Source: Octopus sinensis (lineage: Eukaryota). From it: DNA of 64,000 nucleotides. Of this stretch, positions 1-12,326 are shown one piece after another. The notes beneath the pieces were generated by a model, which did not search any database, was not told where the DNA came from, and saw only the letters and a program-made list of their open reading frames with translations. Position 1 is the stretch's first letter. The number at the start of each line of letters is the position of its first letter. The position numbers and the translations under genes were made by a program. The stretch lies in the NCBI RefSeq assembly GCF_006345805.1, contig NC_042999.1, positions 125,054,001 to 125,118,000 on the forward strand, in the 5' to 3' direction.

Positions 1-225
1 ATAAAGTGAGAATCAGCAATGAGCTCGACAAATTTACCATTCAGTTTGGGGTTCATTGAGGCTGAATTTTCAGCTACACTCCTGCTTGTTATTGTTTGCC
101 AAGTTCTAGCTGAGAAATCCAAGACTGGGAGCCCATTTGAACTTTTGTATGCAGATGAACTTGTTCTTATAGCAGAATCTATAGATCTTTGAGACGAAAT
201 TCCACACTTAGAACCTTAAAGGCCA
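1..225 (+). mobile_element. Decayed RTE-clade LINE reverse-transcriptase fragment
   Basis: Translates to KVRISNE...GVH*G...LLLVIVCQVLAEKSKTGSPFELLYADELVLIAES, colinear with KVRVGNE...GVHQGSVLSPLLFIIVLQAITEEFKTGCHWELLYADDLALIAES of the RTE ORF at 42708-43694; contains stops. Confidence 0.8.
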
Positions 226-405
226 GATTACTGTGCTGGGCAAAATTCTTAGCAGCATTTCATCCATCTGTACAATCGATCTGAGTTCAAATTCTGCTGA
301 GGTCGACTTTGCTTTTCATCCTTTCAGAGTCAATAAAATAAGTACCAGTTGAGTATTAGGGTCGATATAATTAATTTGCTGGCCTTGTGCCAAAATTTGA
401 AACCA
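222..405 (+). mobile_element. tRNA-headed SINE, family A (core gcctttcatcctttcggggtcgataaaataagtaccag), decayed copy
   Basis: ttctgagttcaaattc...gtcgactttgcttttcatcctttcagagtcaataaaataagtaccagttgag recurs many times in the window. Confidence 0.8.
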
Positions 406-1351
406 TTATTATTATCATTATCATCTTTCAATTCTGTTTCCATTTCTTGCTGTCTTCCTGACACATAGGACAGAGAAACTCACTGTATACATTGGTAGGC
501 CCTTAAAAATAAACACCCTAGATTATTCTTTTATGAAGTCATGTGATAGAGAAGAGGGGAAGAAAGACAGACAGAAAAAGGCAAAAAAAAATAATAATAA
601 TAAAGCCAAAAAGGAAAGAAAATTCACAGCAACAACTCAGTATGTTTGACATACCAGTCAAAACAATCTTTTGCACTTCTTGCGTGGAGGGTAAGCCAGG
701 GATTGATCTTAAATAATTTTCAGTTCATTTTTGATCATTCCAAGTGCTCCTACAATCACTAGTATTGTAACTGCCTTGAAATGCTTTCATCCTTTCGGGG
801 TTGATTAAATAAGTACCAGTTACGCACTGGGCTCAATGTTATCGACTTAATCCCTTCCCCCAAATTTGAAGCCTTGTGCTTCCAGTAGAAAGGATTATTG
901 TTGTTAACATTCTTTTTATTCGTGTCACGTGTAAAAGTACCATAATCATTGCCTACATTTATGTTGTCATATAAGTGAGATTTAATATAACAACATATTT
1001 AGTTGAACTCTTACAATTATTATTATTACTATTACTTCTCTTGCACCACGTAAAATGCCATGGATTCATTTGTGCCATTTTCTAAGCAACATCAACTATT
1101 TATAGCAATCTATTGGATACTATTCTTTATTTTTTTCTATTTTTTATGGCATGATAACAGTTTAGAGGTTTCCAGTTGAAAGAGTGAAAAACAAAGGTTT
1201 TTGTAGTTGTTGTTATTGTTTGTTTTTCTTTAGCTATATTGTTGTTTTCTTCCCCTGTGAGAATGGGAAGAAGGCATTGAAAGTCAAAGTTGTCACTTGT
1301 TTTTACTTGAAATACTACAAATGAAACAAAGAAATGAATCTAATTCAATAG

Positions 1352-1440
1352 TCTCTCTCTCTCTCTCTCTCTCTCTCCTCTCTCTATATATGTCTTTATG
1401 TGTGTGTGTTTATATATGTATGTGTATATGTGTGCATATA

Positions 1441-1522
<82 letters not shown>

Positions 1523-1559
1523 TGTCTGTGTGTATACACATTTGAATTTCCATTTCTCT

Positions 1560-1601
<42 letters not shown>

Positions 1602-1630
1602 TGTGCATGCACATGTGTGTGTGTCTGTGT
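1352..1630. repeat. Compound (CT)n/(GT)n/(TA)n microsatellite
   Basis: Direct reading; source of the spurious YIYIY/CVCV ORFs at 1297-1709. Confidence 0.97.
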
Positions 1631-3940
1631 TTTTTTTTGTTTTTATTTCTCTTCTATTTTCTCTATTGTGCTCTCCTGTTTTGATTTGATTCTAGATTTT
1701 CACAGCTAGTTTTCCTGAAAGAAGATATTAGTTTGCTATAAATGCATGCAACAGTTACTGAATGAATTCACACATTATTAGTTATCCTAGCCAACCGAGT
1801 GTCTAATGCCAACAATAACCAAGTATATAAAGCATTGTTCCTCCTGTGGCTTTGTTATGTCTTGAGGCAATTAATTCAAATGTTTCTATTGCAGAGGAGA
1901 TAGCAGATCAGGAGAACTCAATAGTGATAAATATTAATCCTTTTGATTAATATTTTCAATTAACTCACCTGAGATTGCCCCTGATTCTATGATAAACTCT
2001 ATCTTTTAAAATGTTTCATCCAAACTTCATGTTAATTTAATGTCCCCAATACAAGTTTAACTTTTAGCATTTAAACCAACCGTATCCAACCCAAATATTT
2101 TACCTCTTTTATGTTCAAACCAACCAGATTCAACTTCTCACACTTACCTTGCAATGTCATTCTAAAAATAAACAGTCACAACATTGAGATCTCAAAGCTA
2201 CAAGATAACATGTGAATAATTCAGAGCAATGTGGATAGATTAGCATCACAACTGACAGAGTAATCAGGGTGGGTGCTAAAAGGTATAAATGACAAAATGG
2301 TTTTATAAAATTTTTTATTATTTTCAAAATTAATTGAAACAAATGCAGTCTGTTTCAACAGAAATACAATACTAAAAGAAAATTAAACTCTTTAGAAATT
2401 GACTAGCATTGGACAACTCTTAATTGTTTCCTGCTTAAGCTATTTCAGTTGTAACACAATCTAAAGAGAGATATTTTTTTCTTTGTCTCAGGGGAAGTAA
2501 TACAGCTTAGTCTGAGAGAAAGAGAGAGAGAGAGAGAGACAAAGGGAGGGAGAGTGAGGGGTGAGGGTGATCTACGTTTGAGGTGAATGTGATTAATATT
2601 GAAGTTGAATCATGTATAAGTAGAGAAATAATTCTTTTGTTATGTGGTTATGAGGATTGACATCATTTGATTATTTGGACTGTTTGCTACATGGCCTGGA
2701 AGTTAAATACATTGAGCATCATAGAAAGAGTTGCAATAAATGCAACAGAAAGCAGAAACCATTATAATAGCAGTGACAGAAGAAGTTTACAGCATAATAA
2801 CGGGGTTACATTGGATTTATGAATGGGGCTTAACCCCATAATTCATCATCATGATCATCATTTTAACATTCACTTGTCCATATGTTGGATAGAATTTATT
2901 GAAGCAGATTTTCTTACAGCTGTTTCCAAGCAAGATTATATTTCCTCTTAATCAAGGCATGTTTTTGCAGAATATTGGAAAGTTAATAACTTGGCTATAA
3001 AAAATAAAAATAAAAAACAAGAAGAAAACTCTTTAACAAAGGTGTCTGAGCTACTGAAAGCAGTTATGGAATAAAATAAACATGTGTTATGTTTTACATG
3101 ATGAATGTTTCGGTTATGGTTATTCAATACTAAAGATTAGCCTTCAAATTAATTATGACTGTAAGTTCGAATTTAGTTAATTTTTTTTTCAACTTCAATC
3201 CAACTTGAAGTAGGTTAAGTTATTTTTATATGTCTTTGATCATTGAATGATTGCCCAAAACTTGTTTTACAAGGGTATATATATCACTGTACTGGGAGGA
3301 ATCCCTCTCTTAACCTAGTACTGTTTATTTGATAATGGCATTTGCTTTGGGGATTTGCTCTACTGACCACTCTAGACATGGAGATTGGTGAGTATGCTTT
3401 TTAGGGTATCTACACAGAATTTGACTCAGAACTAAGACAGCCAGAACTAATACCACAAGGCATATGGTCCAACATTCTTAAAGTTCTGTCAGTCCATTGC
3501 CTTGGATTGGTAACTTTTCTATTGACTCCAAATGGATAAAAGGCAAAGATGACTTCAGTGAGATTTGATCTCGAAATACCAAGCGTCAAAAGAAAAACAA
3601 CAAGATATTCTATACAATGCTGTAATAACTGCCAATTCAACACCAGATTATTTAAATATTCCACCCATCATTTCCACACATTGTTCCTCAAAGGGTTTTT
3701 GGGGTAGAATCCTCAATAAAGTCCTATCAGTTGCAACTGTCATTACATTTTCTGCTACATTCCCAAGTCTATGTGTCAGATTTAAATTCTAGGCATTATT
3801 TTTAATGAAGAATTTTACTATTGAAAGTCTCAAGAATGAGCTTATTAAAACTTGGTTAAAAAGAAAATGTAAGGTTAACTTTTCAAAAAATTAAAATTTT
3901 TATCCCAATAATTTATTTCAGAAATTTAGACATATCTAGG

Positions 3941-4305
3941 CATGACTGTGTGGTAAGATGCTTACTTCCCAACCACATGGTTTCTGGATTCAGTCCCACT
4001 GCATGGCACCTTAGGCAAGTGTCTTCTACTATAGCCTTGGGCCAACCAAAGCCTTGTGAGTGGATTTGGTAGACAGAAACTGAAAGAAGCCCATCGTATA
4101 TGTATATGTTTGTGTGTTTATCCATCCACCATCACTTGACAACCTATGTTGGTATGTTTATGTTCCTGTAACTTAACAGTTTGGCAAAAGAGACCAATAT
4201 CATAAGTACTAGGCTTATAAAGAATAAGTCCTGGGTTGAATTGTTCGATTAAAGGTTATGCTCCAGCATGACTGCAGTCAAATGACTGAAAGAAGTAAAA
4301 GAAAA
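3941..4305 (+). mobile_element. tRNA-headed SINE, family B (tggtaagaagcttgcttcccaaccacatggtt...)
   Basis: Same head and body as the copies at about 8052, 14910, 25806, 28190 and 61907 (-). Confidence 0.85.
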
Positions 4306-4537
4306 AAACCATCTCGAAACAGTCTTTTAAAGATGTCTTTACAACATCCACATTCCACTTTTATTGAGGAATTTCTCTAATTGGTCAATAATTATGTTAT
4401 ATTTGTTATTTGTCTATATATTCAATCAATAAATAGGTTCGTTACTGTGTTTTAGTGTGATTCTCTAAAATAGAGAAAAATGTTTCTTTACTGTGAGTGG
4501 ATCTGAAACATATTTTATAAATTATTTCTTATTTCAG

Positions 4538-4640
4538 AAGTTGATGGAGATTTTGACTTCTGCCAGAAGACAGTAAAGAATATTTTTCAAAACAAAGAAT
4601 TGAAGGATCTTCTTGAATCAAAATATAATTTATCTCTCAG
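4538..4640 (+). CDS. THNSL1: Threonine synthase-like 1, internal exon (VDGDFDFCQKTVKNIFQNKELKDLLESKYNLSLS)
   Basis: tttcag acceptor, gttagt donor; matches the V-x-G-D-F-D-F-C-Q motif of threonine synthase-like proteins; terminal AG joins T at 5090 in frame. Upstream exons were not found in the window. Confidence 0.92.
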
Positions 4641-4811
4641 GTTAGTGTAATGCTCATAGATTTTATTTCCTTTGGTTTAAACTAGATTAAAGATGAACTT
4701 CTTATTTAGACACAAGTTCACAAATTGATTTAAAAATAAAATTAGAATATACAAAGCAGATAATGGAGCACAATGCAGTCCTTTTTTTTTTTTTTTTTGA
4801 ACCCTTCTCAA

Positions 4812-5003
4812 AAGCAGAATTGTTAGCAAGCTGGACAAAAATGCTTAGAAGCATTTACATTCTGAGTTCAAATTCTTCCGTGATCAACTTTGTCTTTTAT
4901 CCTTTCAGGGTCAATAAAATAAGTACCAATTGAAGACTGGGGTCGATGTAATTGACATATCCCTTTCCATGAAATTGCTAGCCTTGTACCAAAATTTGAA
5001 ATC
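4812..5003 (+). mobile_element. SINE family A copy
   Basis: gcagaattgttagca...ttctgagttcaaattc...cctttcagggtcaataaaataagtacc; CpGs mostly decayed. Confidence 0.8.
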
Positions 5004-5089
5004 AGTATAAAGAAAAAGAAAAACCATTTTGTCTATTATTTATTCACAACCAGATGTCACTGGTAAACAATGATTTGTTTCTTTTCCAG

Positions 5090-5255
5090 TGCAGCCAATT
5101 CTATCAACTGGGGAATGCTTCTACCACAAGTGGTGCACCATATTGCAGCTTATTTGAACATGGTTAAAAAGAATGTTATTTGCTTTGGTGATCCTGTTAA
5201 CATTTGTATTCCAACTGGAAACTTTGGGAATGTGTTGGCAGCATATTACTCTAAG
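5090..5255 (+). CDS. THNSL1: THNSL1 exon (AANSINWGMLLPQVVHH...IPTGNFGNVLAAYYSK)
   Basis: ttccag acceptor, gtaaaa donor; NSINW and PTGNFGN threonine synthase motifs; 166 nt keeps the frame. Confidence 0.95.
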
Positions 5256-6074
5256 GTAAAAGCATATACAAACTTCTGTACAATAATCATGTAAGTGTCG
5301 TGCTTAATGTAAATACATCATTGAAAGGTAACAACATCTCTTAATGTACATGCCATGTTTAAAAACTGTATATGTGTTTGCATGTATGTCTCTTCTATTT
5401 TTTAATAATTATAAATCTCCCACTGAGGTGGGAGCTGGTTTCTAACAAAGATACAAAGCTCCATCTTTGGAATGTAGTTAACACAGACAATTTCACATTT
5501 TAAACTTGAGAAAAATCTTGCATATTTTTACTGTTGCACTCACATATTGTACTTGTAATGTATGAATTAGCCAGTCAATTTCTCTTTCTGAAAATCCCAG
5601 TTTATCCAGATTCTCCTTTAAGCATTTACTAACAAAACTTAGTGTTCCAATTATTATTGGTTTGAATATGAATTCATAGTCTGGATATAGAAGCTGGAAG
5701 TTTCAAAGCAGTTGTCCATAGATGTCCTCTTTTTCTTTGATTTTCAAAGAGATATTTATATCTGCAGGGCAGCTAATCTCTATGATGGTACATACCTTTG
5801 CTCCTCTGTCCCCTAAAACAATATCCAGCCTATTATGTTTGCATTTGAGAAAAGTTTTGATGGGAATATACCACTAGTATTCCGTCAGTTATTGTTTAGG
5901 AATGTATTCCATAACAGAGGGATTTTCTAAGTTTATTTCAGGACAGTCTTTTTTGCGGATGGCATTGTTTTAGTGACAACATCATGCTGCATAGGAGGGT
6001 AGTATCATGACAACATTTTAGAACAGCTGCTAATCACATGCGTTATGTCTTCCACAGAAACAAGACATAGCCTA

Positions 6075-6728
6075 CAAAGGAAAAAATGGTATAAAACAAT
6101 GTAATCTTCTCTTCAGGGAAGTGAAGAAATGAAACTCGTCAATAAGACATTTTATCAGAAAATGATGGATATGTATAGTGATTAACTGAACGCTATTAAT
6201 ATTGTTTCAAAAACATTATAGGATATAATGTCAGAGGTAGCCTATAGAAAGAGGAGGGATAAAGTAAAGAAAAACTAAATAAATGAGAAGTATATGACTA
6301 TATGTATATACTTTTTTCTAAACATCCCCTTGTAAACACGTTTATAGAGCGTGCATACCAATGTAAACATTGGCAGAAATACACCTTTAGTTCATATGAT
6401 TTCTATCATATATAATTTAAACATTAATTTTCTTCTTACATTTCACATTCACTAGATATATATATTTTCCTAGTCTATAAGGTTTTATTTAATATACATA
6501 AAGTCATATACTTCTCATTTATTTAGTTTTTCTTTACTTTATCCCTCCTCTTTCTATAAGCTACCTCTGACGTTATATCCTATGACGTTTTTTTGAAACA
6601 ATATTAATAGCGTTCAGTTAATCACTATACAATCCATCACTTTATGTTAAAATGTCTTATTGACGAGTTTCATTTCTACACTTCCCTGAAGAGAAGATTA
6701 CATTGTTTTACACCATTTTATTCCTTTG
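6075..6728. mobile_element. Foldback/MITE with ~235-bp inverted arms
   Basis: 6075-6310 is the reverse complement of 6493-6728 with few mismatches. Confidence 0.88.
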
Positions 6729-7639
6729 GAATAATACCAGGAATATCTTCGAAACATGTGTCGGAAGTAAAAGAATTTGAATAACACTGCGTTTAACTCC
6801 ATTTATTTATTTATATGTATGTATGTATGTAGGTATATCTATGTATATATGCATATACTTGCTGACGTACCTGGTAATTTCCAGGAAAGCAGGGCTTATC
6901 TCTTGGTTCTGTTCTCATAATAGTTTCGCTAATCCAATAACAACAATACAAAGTTTGTAGCTCTTAAAACGGTTTTTGTGCATTTACAGAGAATACCGAA
7001 CTGTCTTACATGGGATCTTGTTTTTAGGAATTCCCAATAAGTTATGAATTGTGAAGTCAGTTATGTAATAACATGAAATTAGTTACCCGATAGTAAGAAT
7101 TCAAATAAAGTAGCCCTGAAAAGGGGTTTAATGCATTCCAAGAGTAAATAGAACTTAGGAAGAAATACTAAAAAGGTATGTATACTAAAATCGTGAAGCA
7201 TGTTACGTAATAACAGGCTAATCAGATGTGAGATAATAACAATTCAAAGTAAATAACTCTGAAAAGGGCTTTTGTGCATTCCCAGAGAATATTACCCTCA
7301 ATGGAGCTAGTATTGGTATATTCATGAATAAGTCAGTAACCAAAATATGTGGATCTATTGTTCAGGAAAATACCATTTACTTGTTTACTCTAACAGTTCA
7401 GATACTAAGAATTAAGCATACTCAATTTGATTTATACCAAATGATTTAGGAAAATGAATGGGTTATTTCCCTTTGCTATTAAAATGAAATATATTAGATA
7501 TATAAGGATCCCTTCCAGGAGCGCTATTATCGATTTTTTTTTTCAACAATGCCATGAGGTTTCTAGACATAAGTTTTACTCATGTGTCAAGTTTCATCAA
7601 AATTGATAAAATGATGTAGGAGGAGTTAGTTAACAACTC

Positions 7640-7800
7640 CACAAACACACCCACAGACATAATTTCCCACACATGTAGTAGATATATATATGTATGTATG
7701 CATGTATATGTATGTATGTATGTATATGTATGTATGCATGTATATATATGTATGTATGTATGTGTATATATATATGTGTGTGTGTGTGTGCATGGTAAGA
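7640..7800. repeat. (GTAT)n/(TA)n/(GT)n microsatellite
   Basis: Direct reading. Confidence 0.9.
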
Positions 7801-7811
7801 AGCTGTATATA

Positions 7812-7978
7812 TACACCCACTACACTCGCGGAGTGGTTGGCGTTAGGAAGGGCATCCAGCCGTAGAAACACTGCCAGATCTGACTGGGCCTGATGAAGCC
7901 TTCCAGCTTCACAGACCCCAGTTGACCCGTCCAACCCATGCTAGCATGGAAAGCGGACGCTAAACGATGATGATGATA
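7812..7978 (+). mobile_element. RTE-LINE 3' tail copy ending in (GAT)n
   Basis: cccactacactcgcggagtggttggcgttaggaagggcatccagc...gtccaacccatgctagcatggaaagcggacgctaaacgatgatgatg, nearly the same as the 3' end of the LINE at 41643. Confidence 0.9.
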
Positions 7979-8051
7979 TATATACATATATATATATATA
8001 TATAATATACACACACATATGTGGCTGCATGGTAAGAAGTTCTAGGTGCAG

Positions 8052-8378
8052 GCATGGTTGCATGGTAAGAAGCTTGCTTCCCAACCACATGGTTCCAGGT
8101 TCAGGCCTACTACATGGCACCTTGTGAGTGGATTTGGTAGGTGGATTTGCATGAGCATGTGAGTGTGTGTGTGTTTCTGCCCCACCACCACTTGACAATC
8201 AGTGTTGATGTGTTTATATCCTCTTTAACTTTCTAGTTTGACAAAAGAGACTGATAAAACAAGTAGCAGACTTTAAAAGAATAAAAGTGCTGGGGTTGAT
8301 TTATTTGACTAAAATTCTTGAATGTGGTGCCCCAGCATGGCCGTAGTCTAATGACTGAAATCAGTAAAAGAATAAAAG
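8052..8378 (+). mobile_element. SINE family B copy
   Basis: tggtaagaagcttgcttcccaaccacatggttccaggttcag head; ...gtgccccagcatggccgtagtctaatgactgaaa tail. Confidence 0.82.
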
Positions 8379-9729
8379 AATTATTAAGCTAATTTTTGGA
8401 ACATAAATTACTTGAAATTTTGCTGGAAGGTTTTAATTTAGATTATTTTAAGACAAGAAGGTATTAGGAAGGGCATCTAGCTGTAGAAACTCTGCCAGAT
8501 CAGATTGGAGCCTGGCACAGCCATCTGGTTCACCAGACCTCAGTCAAATCGTCCAACCCATGCTAGCATGGAAAGCAGACATTAAACGATGATGATGATG
8601 AAGACATTTGTATCATAGATCTAGGAGTAGTTTCAAGATGGTTAGTCTCAAAAGGGTTAACCTTGCTAATCTTATCTCTCATTTTTGTAACTTAGAATGA
8701 GTGAGAAACCACATGGTTTCAGGTTCAATCCCTCTACGTGACACCTTGGTTAAGGGTCTTCTTAAAGAAGCCTATTGTGTATGTGTGTGTCTGTCTGTCT
8801 CTCTGTGTGTCTGTGTGTGTGTCTGTGTGTGTTATGATGTTGATCAACTGAAAGTAGTTGTTCTGTCAAAGGATGAATTAAACTCACCAGTACATGCTAA
8901 AGAAAGATTCATCATTTCTACAGTGTTGTTATTTACAGTGGTGAGCTAATCAATCCATGGCTGGTAGATTCAGTTGAATAGGTACCCTGCCTAGTTATAG
9001 ATAATATGTAGTATCACTAATTGCAGACAAACAGCTAAATTCTCAGCTGGTTGTCTGGTTCAGTTATATATATTCTTTCTCATTAGAAAGACTCATAAAT
9101 ATTATATCAGGATTTAAGATAGCTTAATTCTAAATATCTTTTTCTGAAGAAGTTTGTGATTTTTCTAGTTTGTGTTTAAAAGTATTTATTTTTATTATTT
9201 TCATCTTTGCCAAGTAAAATAATATTTTTAAAGTATAAATACAGTTAGAGCTGTTAAAACTATTAACTATTTAAATAGGTAAATAGTTATTAGTTTTAAA
9301 GCAGATAAATAAGATAAAGCTGTAGAAACATCCAAGTCAATGGAACTACAGATTTTTCTATCTTTATCTTTTAGTCAGGAGAGAAAGCAGTGCCCATGAT
9401 CTGTTACAGGGCCTCGAAGATTGATGGGCAAGAGGAAGGTACCTTCAAACCAGGAACCTAATCCAAATATTTGTAACAGAGGGGACTTTGTTAAAGGCCC
9501 TCAAGGTGCTGGTGGTGGTGGTGTTAAACCAGGAGATGGATTACAATATTTAGTTTCATTTCTTCTAATCCTAGTCACTAATCTTGTGTCATTGTGGGAT
9601 TTGATTTTGTGTCTCCCCTATCTAGGAAGTCAACAAATAAGTTGCCAGTGATATTTTGGGATCGACTTGATTGACTTCACTTTTTCCTTATAGAATATTA
9701 AGCATCTTGATCAAAAGATGAATTAATAA

Positions 9730-10060
9730 CCATGATATATTTCATCCATCTTCTCTGCCACTATTCCTGGGGGGGGATCGTAGATGTAGAGTCCTCCATA
9801 GGGGTCTATCAGAAATAATTATCATTAGACTTTCCAGCTGCATTCCCAAGCACAATCAAATGAAACTATGGATATTATCCAACCATCTTGTTCTTGGTCT
9901 CCTGCCAGTTGGCTCAACTTGAAAAAAATCCATTTTGTAAGTCTTTCCTGTGACATTCCACTCACATGTCCATAGTACTGAAGCTGTGACCTCCCAATGT
10001 AGAGAAATAGCAGCTCAACCTGGAGAGAGTATCTGATGACCTCCTTCAGAGGAATCCCAC
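9730..10060 (-). mobile_element. Decayed 3' end of a second RTE/Expander-like LINE family
   Basis: Reverse strand gives SQLQYYGHVSGMSQERL-like residues, and gatagacccctatggagg...ccaggaatagtggc is shared with the copy at 32940-33110. Confidence 0.55.
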
Positions 10061-10291
10061 TTCAATAGGCAAAATATAAAAATGCATTTATTTTTTTTTA
10101 ATGTATTCTCTTCTACATTTTAATGCTTTTTTTATTATTCGTCCACCAAATATTCATATATTTAATGTCTATGTTTTCTGAATTGATTTATTTTCTTCGT
10201 ATTTAATTTATATTTTCCACATTAATTTATGTTTATTATATTTGGCTGCTTACCATATTTAATTCATATATTTTCAATATTTAATTTATGT

Positions 10292-10498
10292 AAGGTGGCA
10301 AGTTGGTGGAATTGTTAGCACTCCAGACAAAATGCTTGGCAGCATTTCATCCGTCTTTATGTTCTGAGTTCAAACTCTGCTTTGCCTTTCATCCTTTCAT
10401 GGTCGATAAAATAAGTATCAGTTGAACACTGGGGTTGATGTAATCAACTTCCTCCCTCTCCCAAAGTTGCTGGCCTTGTGCTAAAATTTGAAGCCAAT
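10292..10498 (+). mobile_element. SINE family A copy
   Basis: aaggtggcaagttggtggaattgttagcactccagacaaaatgcttgg...gcctttcatcctttcatggtcgataaaataagt. Confidence 0.85.
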
Positions 10499-10758
10499 AT
10501 TTAATTTATGTTTTCTTTATTGAATGCATACATTTTTTTTCCAGAATTTATGTTTATTGATGTGTTTACTGTACTTAACTGATTTTTTTCTGTATTTGAT
10601 ATGTTCATCATATTTAATTATACTTACCATACTTGATTTATGTTTTCTGTATCTAGTTTAAATATTTCCCATAATTATTTTAATTTGTTTCCAATACCTA
10701 ATTTATATGTAAGTATGAATATTTTAGCTTGTAAAATACTTTCTTTTATTTCACCCAG

Positions 10759-11010
10759 AAAATGGGTATTCCTTTTCAGAAAATCATTTGTGCAAACAAT
10801 GAAAATAACATTATTACTGATTTCATGAAGACTGGCTGTTATTTCTTGCATGGACGTAGCTTATTACGTACCATCTCTCCCTCTATCGATATTCTAATGC
10901 CATCGAATCTTGAAAGATATCTTTACCATATCTCCGGCAACTCAACTCACCTTGTGAAACAGTATAATAAATCTTTAAAAGATCGTGGCTGTTTTCAAGT
11001 TAATAAAGAA
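10759..11010 (+). CDS. THNSL1: THNSL1 exon (KMGIPFQKIICANNENNIITDF...SPSIDILMPSNLERYL...VNKE)
   Basis: acccag acceptor, gtaagt donor, 252 nt phase 0-0; MGIP...N.N and SP..DIL..SN.ER motifs. Confidence 0.95.
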
Positions 11011-11139
11011 GTAAGTTAAAGCATTTGTTTCAAACATTGCTATCCATCTAAACAATGTGTTCATCACATACTGTATCATTGTAATTTTTTATAACAATGG
11101 AGCCTGGTGCTGCCTCTTATCTTATAAGTTCCTGTCAAA

Positions 11140-11772
11140 CCATATGACATCAGGACAGTATTCAAGAGTAATGCAACACTTTGCAAATATCTCCTTCGAG
11201 TAAAACCACCAATAGAAGAGAATATGACCAAAGACTGTGTGTACTCCATCCCATGCAGCTGTGGTAGGTTATACAAAGGTGAAACATGCTGCCATCTCAT
11301 AATAAGGGTAGAGAAACATCGCAAAGTTGTGACACAGGGAGATATTGATAAATCAGGTATAGCTAATCATGTATGGAAAAATGAAAACCACCTCCCCCTG
11401 TGGGATGAAGTTAAATAATAGACAGAAAACACCACTGAAAAATACAAAAACTAAAAGAAGCAGCACATATGCTAGGACACAACAACCTCCTAAGCAGACC
11501 GAGTGCAGGTATGAGTAGCATATGGGAGCCTGTATTATGGAAAAATAGGAAAATATTACATTTATAAGCCCTAAAATTCATTCCATAATTGTCCATGGGC
11601 ATATGGCATAGTGGTTAAGAGTTCGATTCCAGGCAGTGACCTGGAATAATATTATAATAATAATATCTTAGGAATGAGAACCCAGGTTTGAAATTTCTCC
11701 AAGATACCTGATGATGCCAAAACAGTGTGTTAACAAGACGAGGACAAATATCCGTCAAATGTAAATAATGTA
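11140..11772 (+). mobile_element. Penelope-like element 3' fragment (GIY-YIG endonuclease, tRNA-like box, degenerate hammerhead)
   Basis: ORF KDCVYSIPCSCGRLYKGET...R..EH has the GIY-YIG pattern of Penelope-like elements; near-identical to 36797-37570. Confidence 0.85.
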
Positions 11773-12235
11773 GCAAACAATCTTCACAGAGTATGTTTGG
11801 CTGGAGGGATTGGTTTGGTTTGGTTGAGTATAGGTGTAGTATGTTTGTTGTGAAAAAAAGATTTTCACAATTCCATGTCCCACTATAAAAAAAAAGAATG
11901 TTGGATCTCATGCTCTGCCACAATTTTACCAGGTCCCACCAGTGGGGCATATGCCCACGTTGGGAATCATTGCTCTAGGGTTTGCTAAAATAGTTATCAA
12001 CAAACTGTTGGGATCAATGCAATGACTATATACCCTTCTAATATAAGTCTCATACATCTGTAAAAAGAAATATTTATGGGGATAATTATTTCATTATTTT
12101 TAAACATCTTCAGGCTTTTTTTGCGGGGCTCCTTCTTTCATCACATATTATTGAGAATGGGGTTTCCTGCTCCAAACCCATTTCTTACCAATCATTATTA
12201 GTCACTTTTTATGTATACTTTTTTGATTTTTATAG

Positions 12236-12326
12236 ATTTTGAATAAAATTCAGTCTGACATGTATGCTGATTGGTGCTCAGAAGAAGATTGCTTGGATAC
12301 CATTCTGACAACATATAAAACATCTG
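12236..12326 (+). CDS. THNSL1: THNSL1 exon (ILNKIQSDMYADWCSEEDCLDTILTTYKTSG), not in the ORF track
   Basis: tttatag acceptor, gtaaat donor; 91 nt bridges phase 0 to phase 1; ADWCSE.E.C motif typical of THNSL1. Confidence 0.92.

Noticed and set aside
640-711. Possible upstream THNSL1 exon ending at gaggg|gtaagc
   Set aside because: Good donor, but the translation shows no similarity to the expected threonine synthase segment.
1297-1709. Overlapping ORFs rich in YI/CV/HT (similar at 7580-7934, 19972-20479, 33043-33479, 59204-59458)
   Set aside because: Translations of TA/GT/CA microsatellites; no domain content or splice context.
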